A stretch of 64,000 nucleotides of DNA from an uncultured virus (IMG/VR IMGVR_UViG_3300030330_001568) (IMGVR_UViG_3300030330_001568); one strand, 5' to 3'. Positions 20,789 through 29,525 are shown, counted from the first letter of the stretch. Numbers and translations are program-made. The notes: generated from the sequence alone by a model not told the origin.

Positions 20789-20803
20789 AAAACAAATTAT
20801 TTA

Positions 20804-22738
20804 TTATAACCTACCAGAGTTATTTCTAGTTTTTGATAATTCTCTTTCTATAACAGGATCTGGATTTAAAGTTCTTAGAACTGTTCCCATTAACTTTTGA
20901 TCAATTTCACGCATAACAGCATAGTCTATAGCATCTAGTTTTCCTCCCTCTTCATTAAATTTATTTTTAATAGCTACTGCTGCATTGTAAGAATCTACTG
21001 TAAGTTGATACATTGGGTTATTAGCACCAATAGTATTTGCATATTCGTTTAAGAATGCAATTGTATAATCCATATTACCTAGATTAGCGGCAGCTCCTCC
21101 ACCATCTTGGAAGAACGTTCTATAAGATGTTTTAAGGTTATTGTTAGCTGCTACTGTTGGATCAACTAGCTGTAATACTCTACCTCTATTTTTAGCTTCT
21201 GCAGGATCTGAACTATCAAATGTATCATATACAGCAAATGGCTCAGATTCTACTATTAAAGGTTGACCATTTTTAACAATATAAGACATTGGAATAATAG
21301 CTGTTTGTTCCTCTCCTGCTTCATTTACAAATGTTTTTTGTACTGAAAGAGGTAAAGGTTTTATGTCTGCTTCAACATCGCCATATCTTCCTCCGGCTAT
21401 TCCTGAAATAGCACCAGCGTAAGGAAGTTCTCCTGCAAAACCTTTTTGAGTAGACATTGTCCAGTTATAAGTTTCATCTTGGTTTTTTAATGCAGTTCTT
21501 ATTTCTTCTTCTAGTCCTTTATAGAATACATTATTATCTCCTACTATTATAGGAACAGTAACAAACTCACCAGTAGGAGTAGCATTGTATCCTGCTCCAC
21601 TAGGTGAAAGTTTGAATATACCTTCTTCTCCTCCTTGATAGTCTCTTGAATCAGTCATATCTACTATAGGACCAGAAAAAGTTTGACCAACACTAATAAT
21701 ACGTTGACCATTTGTACCTCTATTTTCGTATGCTTGGTTCCTGATACGTTGTTCAGCAAAAAATCTATACCTATCATTACTTATAGGATCAATATCAGTT
21801 CCTGTTATATAACTTGACATCTGTGGTTGTACAGTTGTTAAGCTTGTAGGTGTTGTTGTAGTCTCTTGATTAAATCCAGCATTAAACAATGCTCTATTAG
21901 GATCTTTTGCTGTTTGTGTATAAGCAAACTCTGCACCTACTTGTCTAAGATCATTTTTCCACTGATTGTCAAAAGCAACTTGATCAAATGGTTGACCACT
22001 AAAGTTAGCTTCTGCCTTAGCATTTTCTAAAGATTGTTGATACTCTTTAGTTCCTTTAAGTATATCGAAAGCTTCGCCTATGACTTCTTGTACTCTTGGT
22101 TCTGTAGTTTGAACTGTTGTTATATTTAAGAAGTCATCTATTATATCTTGTCTATCTGGTTTAATTTGATTGAAGAAAGATTCTAATACTGGTCTTCTGT
22201 CTACTCTAGACCCGATATAAGATTGATAGCCTTGAGGCGTACCATCTGGACCCATTGTAGTAAAGTTTTCATCAGCTAAATATAAAGGAGCAAGTCCTTT
22301 AACTCTCATCTCATCTAACATTTTTTGATCTTCATCAAATAGTTTTTTGTTTTCTATTGCTTGGTATAGCCAAGGATTCTGTGATACATCTTTTGCTAAT
22401 CCTCTAACAAACTTATCTCCTTTTTCAAATGCACCTCCTGTGTCTTCTACAAAGGTATTTATTTGATCTTGTAGTCCTTTAATTAAATTTTGTTTTTCTG
22501 GGTTATCTCCTTCCATTACTTGAGCTGCAGCTAGTGCTTCTGATAAAGCATCTTTTTGATCTGCTACTCTTAAGTATTCTTTATTAAGTCCTTCCATAGC
22601 TGTTTGTACAGCTGTAACAGGAACGTCTGTATATAGTTTACCTAATGACGCTAAGTTCATATCATCAAAAGGACTTCTCCTTCTTCTTCTACCTCTGTAG
22701 TATTCTCTTGGTCCGTAATATCCTGGATAATAACTCAT
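20804..22738 (-). CDS. Putative ejected cargo protein (644 aa)
   Basis: Lies between tail genes and RNAP; helical N-half; no Cys; Tyr/Arg-rich N-terminus. Confidence 0.55.
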   Translation of the reverse strand: MSYYPGYYGPREYYRGRRRRRSPFDDMNLASLGKLYTDVPVTAVQTAMEGLNKEYLRVADQKDALSEALAAAQVMEGDNPEKQNLIKGLQDQINTFVEDTGGAFEKGDKFVRGLAKDVSQNPWLYQAIENKKLFDEDQKMLDEMRVKGLAPLYLADENFTTMGPDGTPQGYQSYIGSRVDRRPVLESFFNQIKPDRQDIIDDFLNITTVQTTEPRVQEVIGEAFDILKGTKEYQQSLENAKAEANFSGQPFDQVAFDNQWKNDLRQVGAEFAYTQTAKDPNRALFNAGFNQETTTTPTSLTTVQPQMSSYITGTDIDPISNDRYRFFAEQRIRNQAYENRGTNGQRIISVGQTFSGPIVDMTDSRDYQGGEEGIFKLSPSGAGYNATPTGEFVTVPIIVGDNNVFYKGLEEEIRTALKNQDETYNWTMSTQKGFAGELPYAGAISGIAGGRYGDVEADIKPLPLSVQKTFVNEAGEEQTAIIPMSYIVKNGQPLIVESEPFAVYDTFDSSDPAEAKNRGRVLQLVDPTVAANNNLKTSYRTFFQDGGGAAANLGNMDYTIAFLNEYANTIGANNPMYQLTVDSYNAAVAIKNKFNEEGGKLDAIDYAVMREIDQKLMGTVLRTLNPDPVIERELSKTRNNSGRL

Positions 22739-22747
22739 ATTATATTT

Positions 22748-24370
22748 TTATGTGGTTTGTCCTAATAGTCTTCTCATTAAAGAAGCTAGCTGTGCATCAC
22801 TAAACTGAGGAGCATTTCTATTCATAACTCCGTACATATTTAAGTAAGGAGTAAGTGCTTCTAGTTGTGCCTCTTGTGATCTTCTACCCGTTCTTTGTGT
22901 TAATAGATCTTGTGCATCTTGTACTATACCAGAAAATAATCTTGATTTTGCTCTGTCTCTGTCATTTAAGAAGTCTCTTCTAGCAAGAGCATTGTCAAAC
23001 GAAGTTTGGTTATTTAGTTTTTCTATGTTAGAGTTTAACATAGTTTGCATATTTCTATTTTTTTGATCCATTATATTTTTTTGCTGGAATAATTTAGCTC
23101 TTGCTCTATTAGCTTGTGCTTCAGAAGCAGCTAGGTTAGCATCAACGTTTTGTCTTTTTGTTCTGCTTTGTTTTAGAGCTCTTTCTCTCATTATTCTTTG
23201 ATCATTTAAATCTGACAGCTGTGGATCTATACTAGTATTAGTATTTAAAAACACTGGACTTTGTAGTAACATATCTTCAGGAGGTCTCATTCCTCTAATT
23301 AAGTTAAGTTTATCAAAGTATTCTAATGCTTTTGTTCCTGGACCTAATAGATTATCAACTATAGTATTTACAGCTTTTCCAGATCCTGTAGTTTCTTCAC
23401 TAGACTTATCACCTTGTGTAGTATCAGTTCCTATCTTTGTTGGATCTACAGTTGCTATTGGTTTTAAGTCTGATAAATCTACAGCTGGGATTTCAGGCAT
23501 TACAGGTACTATTTCTTTTTCTGTTAGCTTACTAACAGGAGAATTCTTTGCTTCACTAAATTGTTGTAAAGCAGTAAGTGTATCAATACCAAACTTACCG
23601 TCTACTCCTGCTTGATTAACAGATTGTGGACCATCAGGTCCTATAAACTCTAACTCTGTTCCTGATAACATTCTATCAGCTCCAGGTCCTGTGTAACCTC
23701 CTAGTAATCCTTCTTGTAGTTTTTTTACATGTTCAGGATTTCTAGGATTAAACTCACCACCTAGTCCTGATAATATTCCAGCTTCTTCTAATAATTGTTG
23801 TGTTATTTGTTCATCTGTTATACCATCATATAACTGTCCTCCGGATTGAAAAACTCCCCTACCTTTCAATATATCCGCAAACGTTACTTTACCATCTCCT
23901 GTAAGATCTGGAAACGTTGAACCTCCTTTTTTCATATACCCCATGTTATTTCTAACTGATTCAGCTAGCATAGGTAATCCTTTGTTACCTGGTGGTATAG
24001 GTTTAAGGTTGCCTCCATCTTTCATGAATCCCATTTTGTTTCTCACTGATTTAGGTAATTTAGATAACCCTTTGCCTTTTTTACCTTTTGGTACAGGTTT
24101 AAGTTTACCTCCTTTACCCATCATTCGCATTTCTCTTTGAGCAATGCTTTGGTCTGGTGAATCAGGAGCCGTTTCTTTTCGATCTGATTCATTTGCCTGT
24201 GCTTGATTATCAAGCATTAAATTATTGAGTCTATCTGACACACGTTTTAACATGAGTGTAGCTGCATTTTTTTCTGCATCATTTGTGGCAGTTTGTAATG
24301 CACTATCATATTTATTATATGCGTTAGATAACTTCTCTGCTATATCTGCGTATGTCATTTTTTTTGCCAT
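22748..24370 (-). CDS. Putative cargo protein with basic GG-delimited repeats and a peptidoglycan-binding-like domain
   Basis: LKP.P..KGL..L..SVRN.MG.MK.GG twice; PDLTGDGKVTFAD; VKKLQEGL...VDGKFGIDTLTAL; coiled-coil C-terminus. Confidence 0.6.
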   Translation of the reverse strand: MAKKMTYADIAEKLSNAYNKYDSALQTATNDAEKNAATLMLKRVSDRLNNLMLDNQAQANESDRKETAPDSPDQSIAQREMRMMGKGGKLKPVPKGKKGKGLSKLPKSVRNKMGFMKDGGNLKPIPPGNKGLPMLAESVRNNMGYMKKGGSTFPDLTGDGKVTFADILKGRGVFQSGGQLYDGITDEQITQQLLEEAGILSGLGGEFNPRNPEHVKKLQEGLLGGYTGPGADRMLSGTELEFIGPDGPQSVNQAGVDGKFGIDTLTALQQFSEAKNSPVSKLTEKEIVPVMPEIPAVDLSDLKPIATVDPTKIGTDTTQGDKSSEETTGSGKAVNTIVDNLLGPGTKALEYFDKLNLIRGMRPPEDMLLQSPVFLNTNTSIDPQLSDLNDQRIMRERALKQSRTKRQNVDANLAASEAQANRARAKLFQQKNIMDQKNRNMQTMLNSNIEKLNNQTSFDNALARRDFLNDRDRAKSRLFSGIVQDAQDLLTQRTGRRSQEAQLEALTPYLNMYGVMNRNAPQFSDAQLASLMRRLLGQTT

Positions 24371-24371
24371 G

Positions 24372-26882
24372 TTATATATATTTTAAGTAGTCGTCAACAT
24401 TAGTTTTTAATCTATCAGAGAATACAAATCCTGCGTCCAATGCTTGATTAGTTTGTGAACCAAAACCGGTGTTTCCTCCTTTTACTCCTATACCTCCCGA
24501 AGGTGCATCATGAGTATCTCCTACAAATTTAAACATATTTGGTCCAATTTTACGAACTTCTCCGTTTTCATCTGTTTGTGGAGGATTATTTGCAGGTCCC
24601 ATCATTAGTTCTCCTCCTTCTACAGTGTAATCAGGTGCTTTCATCATTCCACCATCTTCTGCGTAGTAACTATAATTATCTACGCCCTCAGTTGGATATT
24701 GACTTAACACACTAGCTGCATTAACTTGATCTTGTGCAGACATTGCTGCTAATCTATTATTTAATGCTTCTTCTTTTTGTCTTTTTAGTTTTGCTAATAG
24801 TTTTTTATGTTGGCTTTTTCCTAGTAATCCACCGCCTATAGCTCCTAACACTCCTCCAACTATTCCTCCTATAGGACCTAGTGCCATTCCCATAGATGCT
24901 CCTTGTCCTGCCATGCCTATAGCTCCAGCTGTTCCTGCTTCACCTTCTGATATTTCTGTAGGATCAGATGGAAGACTAGCATTATATAAACCAGCTCCTA
25001 AAGATCCTAGTTGTGCGAATGGTATTTTGCTCATAGCTTTACCGAATCCGGTATTTGCACCCATAAAGCCCATTCCTTTTTCTGCTTCGTCTGCTGTTCC
25101 TTGAGTTGTTCCACCAGGTGCCATTTTTTTCTTAGGTAGTGTTTTTATTTTACCGTTGTGTGTTCTTGCAAATCTAGCTTTATCTGTTTCCATACTTGGT
25201 ATAAGAGTACCACTATATTTTTTACCTCCAAACATCCAACTTACACTTCCTCCTTTACCCATACCTACTCCTTGTAAAGGTGTTGTTTGCATTTCTGTAC
25301 TTGCACTAAGCACAGGTTGTATACCTTCACCTGTTAATGTACTAACAGCTGTTGGTCTAAACCTTCCTGTGTCTAACATTTCTTGATATCTAGCTAGTTC
25401 GTTATTAAGGTTTTGCATATCACCTGTATATCTAGTTACTCTATATCCGCTTTCAGGATCAGCAAAATTATAATCTACACCTCTTGAAGATATTCCTTTT
25501 CTAAAACTTCCTCCCATATTTTCCATTATTATAGGTCTTCCTTGATCGTCATATTGTCCAGAGAATATTTGTGTGTGTTGTCCTCCTTCAGGTCCACCAG
25601 TGCTGTAGTTACTTACAATTCTATCTCCGGGTTGTAAGTCTTCGTATGACTGTGGATTAATAACTTCAAATCCCATAGCTGCAGGATCTTGTTCTATCAT
25701 AGAATTCATCATAGCATTACCTGCAAAAATAGGCAGTTTACTACCTGCACTATATACACGATCGCTTCCTGGCATTTGAACATCTCCTGGTAAAGTAGCT
25801 CCTGCTTCTCTCATCATTCCACAGCCGTAGCTTGTACAACCATAAGAATTTTTATTTTGCTCTGCTAAAGAGTTTAAATAACCATAAGTATTACCTATAA
25901 CTTGAGTTGAGTCTATACTTTTTTGATTTTTTGGATCTGCATTTCTTTCTTCTGCTGTAGCATAGTTAGGTAGTTGACCTTGTATATTTTGTTGAAATTG
26001 TGCTAGTCTTTCTTGTTCTGCAGCTCTGGCTTCATTTATTCTTTCCATCTCTGCAGCTATTTGTTCTCTAGACATAAGCATACCTCCACCTTGTAATTCA
26101 TTTTTATTATACTTTTCAAAGTATACTTCTAAATCCGGCTTACCTTTTTTCTTAGAAGGAAACCTTATTATGTTTTTTATATCAAAGTTCTGTGGTAAAT
26201 AAGGTATTGTACCTGTAAAGTTTCCATCTTCATCAAGTCTTTTAGCTACTCTGGCTTTTAGTACTTCATCCGATACCATAAATTCTTTGTTAGGACCATA
26301 TCCAAAGAATGCTGTATCAGGAAGTTTAATATTATACTGTTCAGCAAACTGATCATAGGTAGGTAGATCAGGATAAAGTTTTTCTAGTTTTTTATTATTA
26401 AGTATACTACCTCCTCCTTGATAAGATGTATTTGCTTTTAATGATTTATTAACACCTTTAGATACTGCTTTCGCAGTTGTTGGACTAATTCCTACTGCTT
26501 TTAATGGTCTTACAAAAGGTAATACACTTGCAAAATTCATTGCTGATTTACCTGCATCTCCGTCCATAAGAGACTCCGTACCTTTTATTAGAGCACTTGG
26601 TACATTAACCATACTTGCAGCAAAGTCCATAGGCTGACTTGGAACTTGACCTGCTTCTACACCTTTATCAAAGTTATAAGGTATTTCACCTTGCTGTAAA
26701 AATGTTCTTGCTGATTGAAAAGGATATTTAACAATAGAACGAACATCACTAACCAAGTTATCTAAAAAGCCAGGAGCTTGTGAGATAGTAGCAGGGGTAG
26801 GTGGAGGCGGCATCATAGGAGGTAACTGCGCCCCATTTTGATACTTTTTCGGATTATATGTATATTCTTTTTTTATTTTCAT
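24372..26882 (-). CDS. Putative cargo protein with NlpC/P60-CHAP-like domain and glycine-zipper membrane segment
   Basis: YGCTSYGC ... LQPGDRIV ... GQHTQIF; GMALGPIGGIVGGVLGAIGGGLLG; C-terminal VEGGE..GDTHD..GG..VFSDRL. Confidence 0.6.
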   Translation of the reverse strand: MKIKKEYTYNPKKYQNGAQLPPMMPPPPTPATISQAPGFLDNLVSDVRSIVKYPFQSARTFLQQGEIPYNFDKGVEAGQVPSQPMDFAASMVNVPSALIKGTESLMDGDAGKSAMNFASVLPFVRPLKAVGISPTTAKAVSKGVNKSLKANTSYQGGGSILNNKKLEKLYPDLPTYDQFAEQYNIKLPDTAFFGYGPNKEFMVSDEVLKARVAKRLDEDGNFTGTIPYLPQNFDIKNIIRFPSKKKGKPDLEVYFEKYNKNELQGGGMLMSREQIAAEMERINEARAAEQERLAQFQQNIQGQLPNYATAEERNADPKNQKSIDSTQVIGNTYGYLNSLAEQNKNSYGCTSYGCGMMREAGATLPGDVQMPGSDRVYSAGSKLPIFAGNAMMNSMIEQDPAAMGFEVINPQSYEDLQPGDRIVSNYSTGGPEGGQHTQIFSGQYDDQGRPIIMENMGGSFRKGISSRGVDYNFADPESGYRVTRYTGDMQNLNNELARYQEMLDTGRFRPTAVSTLTGEGIQPVLSASTEMQTTPLQGVGMGKGGSVSWMFGGKKYSGTLIPSMETDKARFARTHNGKIKTLPKKKMAPGGTTQGTADEAEKGMGFMGANTGFGKAMSKIPFAQLGSLGAGLYNASLPSDPTEISEGEAGTAGAIGMAGQGASMGMALGPIGGIVGGVLGAIGGGLLGKSQHKKLLAKLKRQKEEALNNRLAAMSAQDQVNAASVLSQYPTEGVDNYSYYAEDGGMMKAPDYTVEGGELMMGPANNPPQTDENGEVRKIGPNMFKFVGDTHDAPSGGIGVKGGNTGFGSQTNQALDAGFVFSDRLKTNVDDYLKYI

Positions 26883-27349
26883 TATTTACCATTCTTGATA
26901 GTTTGAAACTTTTCTGCCCCACGACTTCCAAAGTAGGCTACGTAGACGGTTACAAGAAGTGTCTGCAATAAATCTACCCAACCAGCTGATACTTGAAAGC
27001 TCCATTCAAAACTGTCTAGTAATATTAATAATACCATAGATATAGTTAAGAAGATCAAACTTATAGGTCTAGTATTCTTACTTAACCACGAGTCTGATTT
27101 CATATCGCTTTCCCATCGTTTTGAGACTTCTTGCATCTCAACCATATCTTGTTCTAAAAGCTTTAGTGCTTTTTCCTTGTCTTCTGGAGGGAGTGTAGCA
27201 TCCGGTTCTTTCTTTATAAGATTTTTTACTAAGCCTAATACACCTGCGTCAGGTAGTACATCTCCTGCTATACCTAATATACCAGGAGCAGCCTTAGATA
27301 AGAATGCTCCTACCTTAGTTTCAGAAAACTTCTTTTTTGGTTTTCCCAT
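26882..27349 (-). CDS. Putative holin (3TM / gene-transfer-agent-like family)
   Basis: RWESDMKSDSWLSKNTRP, then two hydrophobic helices and AYFGSRGAEK. Confidence 0.7.
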   Translation of the reverse strand: MGKPKKKFSETKVGAFLSKAAPGILGIAGDVLPDAGVLGLVKNLIKKEPDATLPPEDKEKALKLLEQDMVEMQEVSKRWESDMKSDSWLSKNTRPISLIFLTISMVLLILLDSFEWSFQVSAGWVDLLQTLLVTVYVAYFGSRGAEKFQTIKNGK

Positions 27350-27352
27350 AAT

Positions 27353-27439
27353 TTATTTCTTTTTTTTCTTAGTGGTTTTTTTCTTTTTTTTAGGAGGTCT
27401 TCCCATTTTAGACCCGTATGTTCCTTTACCTTTAGGCAT
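27353..27439 (-). CDS. 28-aa basic micro-protein MPKGKGTYGSKMGRPPKKKKKTTKKKKK (not in ORF track)
   Basis: Hand-translated ATG 27439 to TAA 27353; fits tightly between neighbours; GRP AT-hook-like core. Confidence 0.75.
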   Translation of the reverse strand: MPKGKGTYGSKMGRPPKKKKKTTKKKKK

Positions 27440-27457
27440 AATTATTTATTTAAGTGT

Positions 27458-27742
27458 TTAACATTTCCACCTACGTCTAGCTTGTCTTATTCTAGAGTTC
27501 GGATTATTTCTAGTTTTTGCACTAGACCTCTTAAGTTGTCCTAAGCTTCTAGCACAGTATGACTTTCGTCTTTTAGCAGCTTTGCTACCTTTTTTAACTT
27601 TACCGGTAACAGCTGTCTTAAGTTTAGATCCAGGGTTAGCACGCCTGTAAGCTCTAACTCCTTTACGAGTCATGCCTGCTCCAGACTTAGTTTTACGGTA
27701 GTTACCGCCTTTGCCTGTAGTACGTCTAATCGCCTTTGCCAT
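27458..27742 (-). CDS. Small basic protein (94 aa)
   Basis: GMTRKGVRAYRRANPGSKLKTAVT...AKRRKSYCARS...RQARRRWKC, a pattern I recall from aquatic phages. Confidence 0.8.
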   Translation of the reverse strand: MAKAIRRTTGKGGNYRKTKSGAGMTRKGVRAYRRANPGSKLKTAVTGKVKKGSKAAKRRKSYCARSLGQLKRSSAKTRNNPNSRIRQARRRWKC

Positions 27743-27744
27743 AA

Positions 27745-27912
27745 TTATTTCTTTTTACGTTTCTTAGCAGTCTTCTTAGCTCTCCTAAAGTTTGCAGCTG
27801 TAGGAGCTCCTTTAGATCCTGGCTTTCTCATTTTCTCACCAGAGCCTGCTTTGATACGTCTTCTTTTAGCGTGGATATTTGCGTATAATCCTTTTTTCTT
27901 TTTTTTTGCCAT
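27745..27912 (-). CDS. 55-aa basic protein MAKKKKKGLYANIHAKRRRIKAGSGEKMRKPGSKGAPTAANFRRAKKTAKKRKKK (not in ORF track)
   Basis: Hand-translated; 2-5 nt spacing to neighbours. Confidence 0.8.
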   Translation of the reverse strand: MAKKKKKGLYANIHAKRRRIKAGSGEKMRKPGSKGAPTAANFRRAKKTAKKRKKK

Positions 27913-27917
27913 AATAA

Positions 27918-28043
27918 TTACATTTTACATCCGTCCTTACGGAATTTTTTTAAACTTAACATACCACCATATGCGTAAGAATAAGTTTTTCTCTTTCTCT
28001 TACGTTTTGTAGATCCACCTTTTTTCATGCATCCACATCCCAT
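27918..28043 (-). CDS. 41-aa basic protein MGCGCMKKGGSTKRKRKRKTYSYAYGGMLSLKKFRKDGCKM (not in ORF track)
   Basis: Hand-translated; tight packing; two phi-x-x-GG motifs. Confidence 0.7.
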   Translation of the reverse strand: MGCGCMKKGGSTKRKRKRKTYSYAYGGMLSLKKFRKDGCKM

Positions 28044-28045
28044 GG

Positions 28046-28198
28046 TTATACTTTTCTTTTTTTGATGTTCATAGCAGCTAACATTCCGCCACCCATCTTA
28101 CTTATTTTTTTATCTAACATGCCACCTATTGCATACATGCCTGGATTTGCTGGTCTCATTTTACCACCGCCTCCATATTTCATTTTTTTATTTCCCAT
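28046..28198 (-). CDS. 50-aa Met/Gly/Lys-rich protein MGNKKMKYGGGGKMRPANPGMYAIGGMLDKKISKMGGGMLAAMNIKKRKV (not in ORF track)
   Basis: Hand-translated; tight packing; GG motifs. Confidence 0.7.
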   Translation of the reverse strand: MGNKKMKYGGGGKMRPANPGMYAIGGMLDKKISKMGGGMLAAMNIKKRKV

Positions 28199-28224
28199 TT
28201 TGAAAATATTATATAGTTACACAA

Positions 28225-28398
28225 TTATTTACCAACTTTCTTCATCGCCATTTTATGCGATTTACCGAACGTTGCGCCTTTTTTCATAGCAGTAACCATA
28301 CTTCTTATATGCTTTACTGTATGATGTTTAGAATGCCTTTTAAGAGCATTCTGTTGTCTTTTATTTAGACTATCTACGTTTACGCCTTTTACTTTCAT
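28225..28398 (-). CDS. 57-aa His/Lys-rich protein (…LKRHSKHHTVKHIRSM…GKSHKMAMKKVGK) (not in ORF track)
   Basis: Hand-translated ATG 28398 to TAA 28225; five His residues. Confidence 0.75.
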   Translation of the reverse strand: MKVKGVNVDSLNKRQQNALKRHSKHHTVKHIRSMVTAMKKGATFGKSHKMAMKKVGK

Positions 28399-28399
28399 A

Positions 28400-28564
28400 T
28401 TAATGCCATCTAAGTGTTATTGCAATTATAATAAAATAAATATTTAGTTCATACCAATCTTCGTCTGCATACTCAGGTATTCTATCATCTTTACTAAAAT
28501 AAGTAAATCCTAATAAAGCACCGTCTCCTAGAAGACGAATATGAATTAAACTAAATAAATTCAT
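28400..28564 (-). CDS. 54-aa hydrophobic small protein (MNLFSLIHIRLLGDG…YELNIYFIIIAITLRWH) (not in ORF track)
   Basis: Start overlaps the upstream stop (TAATG); stop lies 1 nt before the next ATG. Confidence 0.7.
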   Translation of the reverse strand: MNLFSLIHIRLLGDGALLGFTYFSKDDRIPEYADEDWYELNIYFIIIAITLRWH

Positions 28565-28782
28565 TATTTTTTTCTTTTTCTTCCTTTTCTTTTTTTACCT
28601 TTTACTGCTGCTCCTACATCACCAAGTTGATTACCAACTTCTTTCATAGCACTACCTACATCAGATAGTTCTTGACCTACATTTTTAGCACGTCTTTTAA
28701 CTTCTTTTACTGTTGCTATGGCTTTCTCGTCAACTGTGGTTTTGCTCCATAACTTAGTCCACCATCTTTTTAATATATTCAT
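28564..28782 (-). CDS. Small protein with amphipathic helix and basic tail (72 aa)
   Basis: Internal repeat VG..L.DVG.A.K; KRKGRKRKK tail. Confidence 0.7.
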   Translation of the reverse strand: MNILKRWWTKLWSKTTVDEKAIATVKEVKRRAKNVGQELSDVGSAMKEVGNQLGDVGAAVKGKKRKGRKRKK

Positions 28783-28786
28783 ATCT

Positions 28787-29197
28787 TTAAAATTGTCCCG
28801 CTTGTGCGGCTTGGTCTACTGCTTCTTGTATATCAGCTAAATCTGCAGGTAGCAGTAGATCTAAACCTGCCTTGAAAGCTGTTTCTTTTATACCGTCATA
28901 AAATATAATAACGGTAGGTGCCATACGCACCTTGTATTTCTTTTTCGCATTAGGTGCTTTTGATATATCTATTCTATAGTATAAAGCATTTTCTACTTTA
29001 TCCCATTCTGCAAAGCAGTTTTCTTTATTAAATTCTGCCCAGAACTCTACTACTATAGGTTGTAGGTTATCATCTCCAAATGCGGATCTTTGATTTATTG
29101 TTTCTTCAAAGTTGCTATCATCAATCCAATACTCTTCTGGTACATCGCTTTGTGCAAAGGTATAGAAGCTTATTAGTAATAGTATTATGTGTTTCAT
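28787..29197 (-). CDS. Secreted thioredoxin-fold protein lacking CxxC
   Basis: Signal peptide MKHIILLLISFYTFA|Q; IVVEFWAEFNKENC, YRIDI, KKYKVRMAPTVIIFYDG match Trx topology. Confidence 0.7.
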   Translation of the reverse strand: MKHIILLLISFYTFAQSDVPEEYWIDDSNFEETINQRSAFGDDNLQPIVVEFWAEFNKENCFAEWDKVENALYYRIDISKAPNAKKKYKVRMAPTVIIFYDGIKETAFKAGLDLLLPADLADIQEAVDQAAQAGQF

Positions 29198-29514
29198 CTT
29201 TGTTTCTGTATTTCGTATAGCCTTTCGTCTATCTTATCTAATTTTTCTTTTATATCTTCAACATCATCTTGTGTATCTAATATTGTAGATCTAATTAATT
29301 CGTCTTTTAAATCATACTCAGTTCTAGATATTTCTGGTTTAGGCAACTCTTTAGCTTCAGCTATATCTGCCTGTAGTGTAAACCACATACCAGCTAATGC
29401 CACAATACCAGCTATTAAGCCTCCTATTGTTTTAAGTGATATAGCAAAATCTGATTTACCATCTCCATCTATATCTATACCCATAGATGTATTTTCGTCT
29501 AATTGTCGTGCCAT
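29194..29514 (-). CDS. Single-TM protein with C-terminal coiled coil
   Basis: DIDGDGKSD loop; TM segment IGGLIAGIVALAGMWFTL; heptads DDVEDIKEKLDKIDERLYE. Confidence 0.65.
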   Translation of the reverse strand: MARQLDENTSMGIDIDGDGKSDFAISLKTIGGLIAGIVALAGMWFTLQADIAEAKELPKPEISRTEYDLKDELIRSTILDTQDDVEDIKEKLDKIDERLYEIQKQR

Positions 29515-29525
29515 AACTTTCTCAT

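Noticed and set aside
24360..24400. Programmed frameshift joining the 836-aa and 540-aa ORFs
   Set aside because: The downstream frame has a TAA five codons before its ATG, no clear slippery heptamer, and a normal TAA-C-ATG coupling
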